Shown: piece after piece, positions 38,472 through 46,419 of the stretch
How the letters are laid out: every line of letters begins with the position of its first letter
Position numbering within the stretch: position 1 is the first letter of the stretch
Origin: an uncultured Actinomycetes bacterium
Lineage (GTDB): Bacteria; Actinomycetota; Acidimicrobiia; IMCC26256; PALSA-555
NCBI GenBank assembly: GCA_903899845.1
Contig: CAIUKV010000251.1
Location: 5,970-69,969, forward strand
Reading direction: 5' to 3'
Length of the DNA: 64,000 nucleotides
Translations under genes and position numbers: made by a program
The notes under the pieces: model-generated
Database searches by the model: none
Told to the model about the DNA's origin: nothing
Seen by the model: the letters and a program-made list of their open reading frames with translations, nothing else

Positions 38472-40415
38472 GTGCCCGTGTCCGACCGGACCCACGCCCG
38501 ACTGACCACGCCGCTGGTCCGCGACGCCGACCGGCTGGTGCCCGCGTCGTGGGACGTCGCCCTCGACCGTGCCGCGGCCGGGTTCGCGACCGCCCGAGAC
38601 CACCACGGCGCCGACGCCGTGGGCATGTTCTCGTGCTCCAAGGCGACCAACGAGGTGAACTACGCCGCGCAGAAGTTCATGCGCCTGGCGGTGGGCACCA
38701 ACAACATCGATTCCTGCAACCGCACCTGACACGCACCCAGCGTCGTCGGTCTGGCGACGGTCTTCGGGGCCGGGGGCGGCACCAGCAGCTATCGGGAGGT
38801 CGAGGAGGCCGACGTGGTCGTCCTCTGGGGCTCCAACGCGCGTGAGACCCACCCGATCTTCTTCCACCACGTGCTGCGGGCGGTCCGGGCCGGGGCCCGC
38901 CTGGTCGTGGTCGACCCCCGCCGGACCGCGACCGCCGAGTTCGCCGACCTGTGGCTGCCGATCGACGTCGGTGCCGACATCCCGCTCGCCCACGCCATCG
39001 CCCACGAGATCATCGCCGCCGGTCTGGTCCACGAGGAGTTCGTCGCCCGGGCCACCACCGGCTACGCCGAGTTCGCGGCCCAGGTCGCCGACTGGTCCCC
39101 GGAGCGGGCCGAGGCGGTCACCGGGGTGCCCGCCGACCTGGTCCGGGCCGCGGCGCACGCCTATGCGACGGCCCCGAAGGCCCAGCTGTGCTGGACGCTC
39201 GGGATCACCGAGCACCGCAGCGGCGTCGACAACGTGCTCGCGCTCTGCAACCTCGCGCTGCTGTGCGGGCACGTGGGGCGGTGGGGCTCGGGCCTCAGCC
39301 CGCTCCGGGGGCAGAACAACGTCCAGGGCGGCGGCGACATGGGCGCCCTGCCGAACCGGCTCCCCGGGTTCCAGGCCGTGACCGACCCCGAGGCCCGGAC
39401 CCGGGTCGAGGCGGTGTGGGGGCACCCGGTCCCGCCCGAGGACGGCCGCAACCTCACCGAGATGTTCGCGGCGATGGAGACCGGCGACCTGCGCGCCGTC
39501 TACGTGCTCGGGGAGAACCCGGCCCAGTCCGAGGCCGACGTCACCCGGGCCCGGCGGCTCCTCGGTGACCTCGAGCACCTCGTCGTCCAGGACCTGTACC
39601 TGACCCGTACCGCCGAGCTCGCCGACGTCGTGCTGCCCGCGACCGCGGCGTGGTGCGAGGCCGACGGCACCGTGACCAACTCCGAGCGGCGGGTGCAGCG
39701 GGTGCGCGCCGCGGTCCGCCCGCCGCAGGGTGCACGCGACGACCTCGCGATCCTCACGGCCGTCGCCGAGCGCCTCGGCACCCCCATCGGGCCGCCCGAC
39801 CCCGAGACGATGTGGGACGAGCTCCGGCGGGTGTCGCCGCTCCACGCCGGCATGAGCTGGGTCCGCATCGAGGCCCTCGGGGGCATCCAGTGGCCCTGCC
39901 CGTCGGAGACCGGGCTCGAGCCGTCGTTCCTCCACGGGCGCCTCTGGGCCGACGACCCCGCCGAGCGCGGCCGCCCGGCGCCGTTCTCGGTGGTCGAGTG
40001 GGTGCCCCCCGCCGACCCGCTCGCCGCCGACTTCCCGATCCGGCTGACCACGGGCCGCCGCCTCGACTCCTACAACACCGGGGTGCAGACCCGGCGCTTC
40101 TCGTCGCCGTTGCGCTTCGGCGAGACGGTCGACCTCTCCCCCGCCGACGCCGACGCGCTCGGGGTCGCCCCGGGTGAGGTCGTGCGGGTGGTGTCGCGCC
40201 GGGGTGCGGTCGAGGCGCCGGTCCGGATCGACCCGGGCCTGCGTGCCGGCCTCGCCTTCATGACGCTGCACTTCGGCGACGACGTCGACACGAACCGACT
40301 CACCATCGAGGCCGTCGACCCGAAGTCGGGGACGGCCGAGTTCAAGGCCACCGCCGTGCGCATCGAGCGGATCCCGGCGCCGGTGGGCGCCCCGGACGCA
40401 CCGCCGGCCCGGTGA
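38472..40415 (+). CDS. Formate dehydrogenase alpha subunit, Mo/W-bisPGD catalytic fragment, with selenocysteine at TGA 38727-38729
   Basis: The 38472..38729 and 38814..40415 ORFs are in the same frame. Read-through gives NNIDSCNRT-U-HAPSVVGLATVFGAGGGTSSYREVEEADVVVLWGSNARETHPIFFHH, which matches the Sec-His active site of FdhF-type enzymes. It lacks the N-terminal Fe-S region. An alternative start is GTG 38478, after GGAGG. Confidence 0.85.
38741..38759 (+). other. SECIS-like stem-loop, 12 nt downstream of the UGA
   Basis: CGUCGUC-GGUCU-GGCGACG: a 7-bp stem (one G-U pair) with a 5-nt loop containing GU. The loop starts 19 nt after the UGA. Confidence 0.55.
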
Positions 40416-42034
40416 GCGACGTGCGGCCCACCCTCGTGGGTGTCCCGGTGGGCCTCCCCGTCACCCGACCCCGGCGCGACGCCCTCCTGCCCGCGCTGCA
40501 CGAGGCGCACGACGCCGCCGGCTGGCTCGCACCCGAGGTGCTCGACGCGATCGCCGACCGCCTCGGCCTCGGGCGGGCCGAGGTGTTCGGCGTCGCGTCG
40601 TCGTACGCGTCGTTCGCGTTCACGCCCCGGTCCCGCCGCCTGCGCCGGGTGTGCACCGACGTCATGTGCACGGCGGCCGGTGCGGTGCCGCCCGGCGCCG
40701 ACGAGCCCGGCGTGGTGGCCTCCCCGTGCCTGGGCCGCTGCGAGCAGGCGCCGGCGGTGCTCGACACCGAGGGCGGGCGGGCCGTGGTGCCGGTCGCCCC
40801 CGCGCCCGTGCCGCAGCCGGTCTCGGCCCGCACGCTGCTGCGGCGCGTCGGGGTGGTCGACCCCGCCTCGCTCGACGACTACCGCGCCCACGGGGGCTGC
40901 GCCGCGCTCGCCCACGCCGGGCGGATCGGTCCGGCCGCCGTGCGCGCGGCGATCACCGCGTCGGGGCTGACCGGCCGCGGGGGCGCCGCCTTCCCCGCCG
41001 GCCGGAAGTGGGAGGCCGTCGCCGCCGCGTCCGGCGCGCCGAAGTACGTCGTCGCCAACGCCGACGAGTCGGAGCCGGGCACCTTCAAGGACCGGGTCGT
41101 ACTCGAGCACGACCCCTTCGCCGTGGTCGAGGCCATGACCGTGGCGGGCTACGCGGTCGGCGCCGAGGTCGGCTACCTGTACGTGCGCGACGAGTACCCC
41201 GAAGCGATCGCCCGCCTCGAGCACGCCATCGCCGCGGCCGAGACCGCCGGGCTGCTCGGCCCCGACGTCGCCGGGCTCGGGGTGGCATTCCGCATCGAGG
41301 TGCGCCGGGGGGCGGGGGCCTACGTGTGCGGCGAGGAGACCGCGCTCTTCGCGTCGATCGAGGGCTTCCGGGGCGAGCCCCGCACCAAGCCGCCCTACCC
41401 GGTCGACGCCGGGCTCTTCGGCCGTCCGACCCTGGTGCACAACGTCGAGACCCTGGCCAACGTCCTGCGCATCCTCGATCCCGACGGGGCCGCCCCCGAG
41501 ACCAAGCTCTTCTCGGTGTCGGGGGCGGTGGACCGCCCCGGGTGCTACGAGGTGCCCATGGGGACCACCCTGGCCGCGCTGCTCGACCTCGCCGGCGGTG
41601 TGCCCGTGGGCCGCCGGCTGCAGGCGGTCCTGCTCGGCGGCGCGGCCGGGACCTTCGTGCCGCCCGGGGAGATCGACGTCCCGCTCACGGTGGAGGCCAC
41701 CCGGGCCATCGGGGCCACGGTGGGATCGGGCGCGGTGTTCGTGTGCGACGACACCACCGACCTCGCCGCGGCCGTCCTCGGGATCGCCACCTTCTTCCGG
41801 GAGGAGTCCTGCGGCCAGTGCGTGCCCTGCCGGGTCGGCACCGTGCGCCAGGAGGAGGCCCTCCACCGCCTCGTCCACGGCCGCCCCCTCGGCTCGGTGG
41901 CCGAGGAGGTCCAGCGCCTGCGCGACGTCGGCGCCGCGATGCGCGACGCCTCGATCTGCGGCCTCGGCCAGTTCGCCTGGAACGCGGTCGAGGGCGCCAT
42001 CGACCGCTTCGGCGTCTTCGGGGAGCGGTCGTGA
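40412..42034 (+). CDS. NuoE-NuoF fusion (NAD(P)H-binding FMN/Fe-S diaphorase subunit of the formate dehydrogenase)
   Basis: GTGA overlap. NuoE cysteines (CTDVMC...CLGRC). NuoF motifs GRGGAAFPAGRKW, ANADESEPGTFKDR, YVCGEETAL, ESCGQCVPCR. Confidence 0.88.
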   Translation: MSDVRPTLVGVPVGLPVTRPRRDALLPALHEAHDAAGWLAPEVLDAIADRLGLGRAEVFGVASSYASFAFTPRSRRLRRVCTDVMCTAAGAVPPGADEPGVVASPCLGRCEQAPAVLDTEGGRAVVPVAPAPVPQPVSARTLLRRVGVVDPASLDDYRAHGGCAALAHAGRIGPAAVRAAITASGLTGRGGAAFPAGRKWEAVAAASGAPKYVVANADESEPGTFKDRVVLEHDPFAVVEAMTVAGYAVGAEVGYLYVRDEYPEAIARLEHAIAAAETAGLLGPDVAGLGVAFRIEVRRGAGAYVCGEETALFASIEGFRGEPRTKPPYPVDAGLFGRPTLVHNVETLANVLRILDPDGAAPETKLFSVSGAVDRPGCYEVPMGTTLAALLDLAGGVPVGRRLQAVLLGGAAGTFVPPGEIDVPLTVEATRAIGATVGSGAVFVCDDTTDLAAAVLGIATFFREESCGQCVPCRVGTVRQEEALHRLVHGRPLGSVAEEVQRLRDVGAAMRDASICGLGQFAWNAVEGAIDRFGVFGERS

Positions 42035-42915
42035 CCGACGGCGCCGGGAACCCGGCCCCCGCACCCGGGGCGACCGTCACCGTCACCGTCGACGGGCGCA
42101 CGGTGGAGGTTCCCGACGGCGCGACCGTCCTCGACGCGTGCACCGCGGCCGGGGTGGACACCCCGACCCTGTGCTTCGGCGACACGATCACCGCCCGCAA
42201 CGTGTGCCGGATCTGCGTCGTCGACGTGGCCGGGAGCCGGGCCCTCGTGCCGTCGTGCTCCCGGCGGGCCGAGCCCGGGATGGAGATCGGCACCGACACG
42301 CCCCGCGTCCGCCACGCCCGGCGCATGGTGCTCGAGCTGCTCGCCAGCAGCGTCGACCTGTCGCTGACCGACCACGTGGAGGAGTGGAGCATCCGCTACG
42401 GGGCCGACCCCGACCGCTTCGGGCCCGACGCCGCCACGGTGGCCCAGCCCGTGAAGGTCGACAACGACTGCTTCGTGCGCGACTACTCGCGCTGCATCCT
42501 GTGCTACCAGTGCACTGACGCCTGCGGCGAGCAGTGGCAGCACACCTTCGCGATCGCGATCGCGGGCCGGGGCTTCGGGGCCACGGTCTCCACCGAGCAC
42601 GACGTCACTCTCCCCGACTCGGCCTGCGTGTACTGCGGGAACTGCATCGAGGTGTGCCCGACCGACGCTCTGATGTTCCGCACCGAGTTCGACCTCCGCA
42701 CGATGGGGGCCTGGGCGCCCGAGCGCCAGACCCGCACCGACACCATCTGCGCCTTCTGCGGCGTGGGCTGCACCCTGACGCTGCACGTGCAGCGCGGCGC
42801 GACCGACGACGAGGGCGACCGGATCGTCAAGGTGACGTCCCCGCACGGGAGCAGCGTGACCGGCGGGAACCTGTGCATCAAGGGCCGGTTCGGCGCCGGC
42901 CACGTCCATTCCTGA
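42031..42915 (+). CDS. Formate dehydrogenase alpha subunit, N-terminal Fe-S fragment (NuoG-like 2Fe-2S, 4Fe-4S clusters and the MopB CxxCxxxC cluster)
   Basis: GTG 42031 (GTGA overlap). CFGDTITARNVCRIC, CILCYQCTDAC, CVYCGNCIEVCP, CAFCGVGCTLTLHV...GNLCIKGRFGAGHVHS-stop. It ends where the 38472 product begins (RLTTPLVR). Confidence 0.85.
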   Translation: MTDGAGNPAPAPGATVTVTVDGRTVEVPDGATVLDACTAAGVDTPTLCFGDTITARNVCRICVVDVAGSRALVPSCSRRAEPGMEIGTDTPRVRHARRMVLELLASSVDLSLTDHVEEWSIRYGADPDRFGPDAATVAQPVKVDNDCFVRDYSRCILCYQCTDACGEQWQHTFAIAIAGRGFGATVSTEHDVTLPDSACVYCGNCIEVCPTDALMFRTEFDLRTMGAWAPERQTRTDTICAFCGVGCTLTLHVQRGATDDEGDRIVKVTSPHGSSVTGGNLCIKGRFGAGHVHS

Positions 42916-42924
42916 GCCGGCCGC

Positions 42925-43683
42925 TCAGAACGTGCCGCCGTCCACCTGGATGCGCTGGTCGTTGACGTAGCGGGCCGCGTCGGACACGAGCCAGGCCACC
43001 ACCTCGGCGACCTCCTCCGGGCTGCACACGTGCCCGAACGCCATGCGCTCGTCGAGCGAGTGGATGTCGTCGCCCGCACCCATGACCGCCTTGGCGAGAC
43101 GCCGGCCCATGTCGGTGTCGACCAGGCCCGGGGCGACGACGTTCACGTGGATGCCGTGGCGGCGCTCCTCCTTGGCCAGGGTGCGGGCCAGAGCCTCCAG
43201 CGCGGCCTTCGCCATGTTGTACGGCGCGGACCACCCGGCCATCGCGCTGGCCGCCACGCTCGAGATCATGACGACGTCGCCCCGGGGGCGGGTCCGCATG
43301 CTCGGGACCACCTGGCGGGCGATCGTGAACGCGGCGAAGGCGTGGGTGCGCCAGAGTCGCTCGATCTCGGCCGGGTCGGTGTCGACGACCGCGTTGCCCC
43401 GGCTGGCGATGCCGGCGTTGTGGACGAAGGTGTCGACGTAGCCGAAGTCGGCGAGGACGGCGTCGGTCATGGCGACGCAGGCGTCCGCATCGTCGACCGA
43501 GGCGGCGTACACCTCGGCGCGCCGGCCCATCGCCCGCACCAGGTCGGCGGTGGTGCGGGCGGCCTCCTCGTCGCGGCGGTAGTTGACCGCCACGTCGAAT
43601 CCCTGTCCCGCCAAGGCCAGGGTGATCGCGGCCCCGATCCCCCGTCCGCCCCCGGTCACCAGCGCCACCCGCGGTTCGTGCAT
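42925..43683 (-). CDS. SDR-family oxidoreductase (FabG-like)
   Basis: From the internal ATG: VALVTGGGRGIGAAI...HNAG...YNMAKAAL. SD GAGGAG upstream. Confidence 0.85.
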   Translation of the reverse strand: MHEPRVALVTGGGRGIGAAITLALAGQGFDVAVNYRRDEEAARTTADLVRAMGRRAEVYAASVDDADACVAMTDAVLADFGYVDTFVHNAGIASRGNAVVDTDPAEIERLWRTHAFAAFTIARQVVPSMRTRPRGDVVMISSVAASAMAGWSAPYNMAKAALEALARTLAKEERRHGIHVNVVAPGLVDTDMGRRLAKAVMGAGDDIHSLDERMAFGHVCSPEEVAEVVAWLVSDAARYVNDQRIQVDGGTF

Positions 43684-43754
43684 GCCGTCGCTCCTCGTCC
43701 CGGTCCGGTGGGCCGCCACTGCGGCCCGGCCGGGAGTCTGCCATCCGGCCACGG

Positions 43755-44429
43755 GTGTGCCAGGCTGGAGGCGTGGACGTCTACGAAGCCCTCTACACCA
43801 CCCGGGCGATGCGCCGGGTCCGGCCCGACCCGATCCCCGAGGAGGTGCAGCGCAAGATCCTCGACGCCGCGATCCGGGCCCCGAGCGGCGGCAACAGCCA
43901 GACCTGGCGCTTCCTCCTGGTGGACGACAAGGCGGTGCTCGCGCAGCTCGGGCCGATCTACCGGCGCTGCATCGCCCAGGTGTGGGAGCTCGTCTACAAG
44001 GACCGGCTCGACGCCGCGGCAGCCGCACCCGACGACCCCGACCACGCGCAGATGCTGCGGGTCCAGCGGTCGGCCCAGCACCTCGCCGACCACTTCGAGG
44101 ACTACCCGCTGATGCTGTTCAGCTTCGCCCAGGGTGACCCGACCGGCGGGTCGATCCACCCGTCGACCTGGTCGGCGATGCTCGCGGCGCGCGCCGAGGG
44201 CGTGGGCTCGGCCTGGACCGTGGCGTTCGTGTTCGAGCTGCCCGCGGTGCTCGAGATCCTGGGCGTCCCGACCGAGGAGCACTGGCAGTTCGGATCGTGC
44301 GTCACCTTCGGCTACCCGACCGGCCGCTGGGGGGTCGCCCCCCGGATCCCGGTGCACGAGGTGTCGTACCGCAACCACTGGGGCACCCCGGTGGGGTTCG
44401 AGATCCCTACCCCCCTCTGGTCGTACTGA
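43755..44429 (+). CDS. Nitroreductase-family protein
   Basis: YTTRAMRRVRPDPIPEEVQRKILDAAIRAPSGGNSQTWRFLLV. The start is uncertain (GTG 43755 or 43773). Confidence 0.8.
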   Translation: MCQAGGVDVYEALYTTRAMRRVRPDPIPEEVQRKILDAAIRAPSGGNSQTWRFLLVDDKAVLAQLGPIYRRCIAQVWELVYKDRLDAAAAAPDDPDHAQMLRVQRSAQHLADHFEDYPLMLFSFAQGDPTGGSIHPSTWSAMLAARAEGVGSAWTVAFVFELPAVLEILGVPTEEHWQFGSCVTFGYPTGRWGVAPRIPVHEVSYRNHWGTPVGFEIPTPLWSY

Positions 44430-45279
44430 GCCGGGTCGCCCGCTCGAGCAGCCGGGGCGCTCCCATCCGGGCGGTCCAGGCGGCGAAGGCGTCGGTCGGA
44501 CCGGTCCAGTGCCAGTCGTCGACGTCGCCGACCTCGGCGTCGGTGCGCAGCGTCGCCAGGGTGCGGAACAGCCGGGCCTCGTCGCGCCCGTCCGCGAGCG
44601 TGGCGGCGAGCGAGGCGGCCCCGCGCACGGTGACGTCCCAGGGCGGATCCGGGATCTCGTCGAGCGACCCGTACCGGGCCAGCACGGTGGCGGCCGACTT
44701 CGCCCCCCAGCCCCGCAGCCCGGGGAACCCGTCGGCACTGTCGCCGACCAGCGCGAGGTAGTCGGGGATGGCCGCGGGCGGAACCCCGAACTTCGCCACC
44801 ACCGCCGCCTCGTCGTAGCGGACGTCGGCCCGGCGGTCCCACTGCACCACGACCGGGTCCCGTACGCACTGCGCGAGGTCCTTGTCGGGAGTGCAGATCA
44901 GGACCCGCTGCACGCGCTCGTCGGCCACCGCGGCCGCGCAGGCCGAGGCGAGCCCGTCGTCGGCCTCGTGGTCGACCATCGCCCACACTGCGACCCCGAG
45001 GGCACGCAGCGCGTCCTCGAGCAGCGGGAACTGGGCGAACAGCACCGGGTCGATGCCCTCCCCGGTCTTGTAGCCGTCCCAGAGGTCGTTGCGGAACGAC
45101 TCCACCGTGTGGTCGGTGGCGACCCCGAGGTGGGTGGCACCCCCCTCGAGCAGGTCGAGCACCGACGCCACCACACCCCGGACCGCTCCGACGTCGACCC
45201 CGTCGGGGTCGAGGTGCTCGGGTCGGGCGAAGTAGTGCCGGAAGAGCTCGTAGGTGCCGTCGACGAGGTGGACCTGCAT
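44407..45279 (-). CDS. 5'-3' exonuclease / flap endonuclease (Pol I N-terminal-domain family)
   Basis: From the internal ATG: MQVHLVDGTYELFRHYF...TPDKDLAQCV...IPDYLALVGDSADGFPGLRGWGAKSAATVL. Confidence 0.85.
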   Translation of the reverse strand: MQVHLVDGTYELFRHYFARPEHLDPDGVDVGAVRGVVASVLDLLEGGATHLGVATDHTVESFRNDLWDGYKTGEGIDPVLFAQFPLLEDALRALGVAVWAMVDHEADDGLASACAAAVADERVQRVLICTPDKDLAQCVRDPVVVQWDRRADVRYDEAAVVAKFGVPPAAIPDYLALVGDSADGFPGLRGWGAKSAATVLARYGSLDEIPDPPWDVTVRGAASLAATLADGRDEARLFRTLATLRTDAEVGDVDDWHWTGPTDAFAAWTARMGAPRLLERATRLSTTRGG

Positions 45280-45334
45280 GGCCGAAGCCTTCCACACCGA
45301 CCCGTCGCCACTCCCGGTCGGGTGCCGGAACCCG

Positions 45335-45361
45335 GCCGGATCGGCCGGATCAGCCGGATCG
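45335..45361. repeat. 3 tandem copies of a 9-nt unit (gccggatcR)
   Basis: gccggatcg gccggatca gccggatcg. Spans the stop codon of the 45350 gene. Confidence 0.5.
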
Positions 45362-46336
45362 GTCGACGTCGACGATCGCCGGGAAGGGCGGATCGGGCTC
45401 GGCGATGTTGAAGCGGCGCCGGATCTCGGCGATCGGGAGGTGGGCCATGGCGAGATGGTCGACCGCGAGGAGGTCGACGTAGCACTGCTGACCGCGGAGC
45501 ATCGCGTCGAGCACGACCGCCATCGCACCGGGCCGGCCGAGGGTCCCGATCTTGGCCTCGAAGTCCGATGGTCCGTACGCGCCGTACTCGAAGATCGCCA
45601 TCACGCCGAGGAGATAGGCCCAGTGGGCGTCGCTCTCGTGGGCGGCCAGCAGGAACGCACCGAGCGCGATCTCCTCGTGGGCCTGCGGGCCGCACCCGGC
45701 GATGAGGTGACACATGTCGTGCCCGAGGAAGAATCCGGGAATGCCGGGCTTCTCGCCCGGGAGCGCGAAGCCCTGGTCGCGGTAGAACTCGACGTACTCC
45801 CGCCCGAGCGTGCCCCGAGGGAGGTCCCGCAGGGCCAGGATGCGTGCGACCAGCTCGGGGGACGGCTGCTCGGTGTTGCGGTACTCGTCGCGCAGGGTCG
45901 TCTCGGTCATGCGGTCGAGCGATGCGTCCCACGCCCGGTGGAGGTCGTCGGTGATCTCGAGGATCGCAGCGTCGGCCATCGCCCGGGCCTGGACCAGGCC
46001 GAGCTCGCCGTCGGCCCCACCCAGGGCGTCGACGAAGGCCTCGACCCGGGCGACCTGCTCCCCCGGCAGCGGGTGCCGACAGAGCATGAACAGCACGAGG
46101 AACATCCGCAGCCGCCGTCGCACGGTGATCGTGTCGAACCGGACGGCGACCTCCTCGGGCTCGATCGGAGCGAGCGCGTCAGGGTCGAGGTCGCGGACGC
46201 CGAACACGATCCGGGCGAGGTCGACGAGCATGGACCGCTGTTGGGCGGTGCCCCCGTCGCCGACGTCGATCGCAGCCCGGATCGCACGCAGGAGGGGAAC
46301 GGTGAGATCGTCCCGCCCGCCGAGGGTGATCGTCAC
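45350..46336 (-). CDS. Hypothetical protein with a Coq4-like HDxxH-x11-E motif
   Basis: FLGHDMCHLIAGCGPQAHEEIALGAF resembles the Coq4 zinc-ligand motif. Start chosen at GTG 46334-46336 to avoid overlapping the divergent gene. The family call is tentative. Confidence 0.5.
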   Translation of the reverse strand: MTITLGGRDDLTVPLLRAIRAAIDVGDGGTAQQRSMLVDLARIVFGVRDLDPDALAPIEPEEVAVRFDTITVRRRLRMFLVLFMLCRHPLPGEQVARVEAFVDALGGADGELGLVQARAMADAAILEITDDLHRAWDASLDRMTETTLRDEYRNTEQPSPELVARILALRDLPRGTLGREYVEFYRDQGFALPGEKPGIPGFFLGHDMCHLIAGCGPQAHEEIALGAFLLAAHESDAHWAYLLGVMAIFEYGAYGPSDFEAKIGTLGRPGAMAVVLDAMLRGQQCYVDLLAVDHLAMAHLPIAEIRRRFNIAEPDPPFPAIVDVDRSG

Positions 46337-46419
46337 GCCTCCGGACGGTAGTCCCTGCGGGACCGTAGGGTGCGGTCGGGCGCGCCCGATGCGCCCGGCC
46401 GTCGAGGACATGGGAGCCG

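Noticed and set aside
38727-38729. TGA splitting the formate dehydrogenase catalytic gene, read as a pseudogene or nonsense mutation.
   Set aside because: The codon sits exactly at the Sec/Cys active-site position (…RT-U-HAPSV…). The frame is preserved on both sides and a SECIS-like hairpin follows. Selenocysteine is the better reading.
43101-43130. Search for the PafBC-dependent RecA-NDp promoter motif (TGTCGGTG-N8-TANNNT). TGTCGGTG or its complement occurs near 726, 19746, 42291, 42733, 43103, 52613 and 54484.
   Set aside because: All occurrences are intragenic. None is followed by TANNNT at the 8-nt spacing. I claim no PafBC site.
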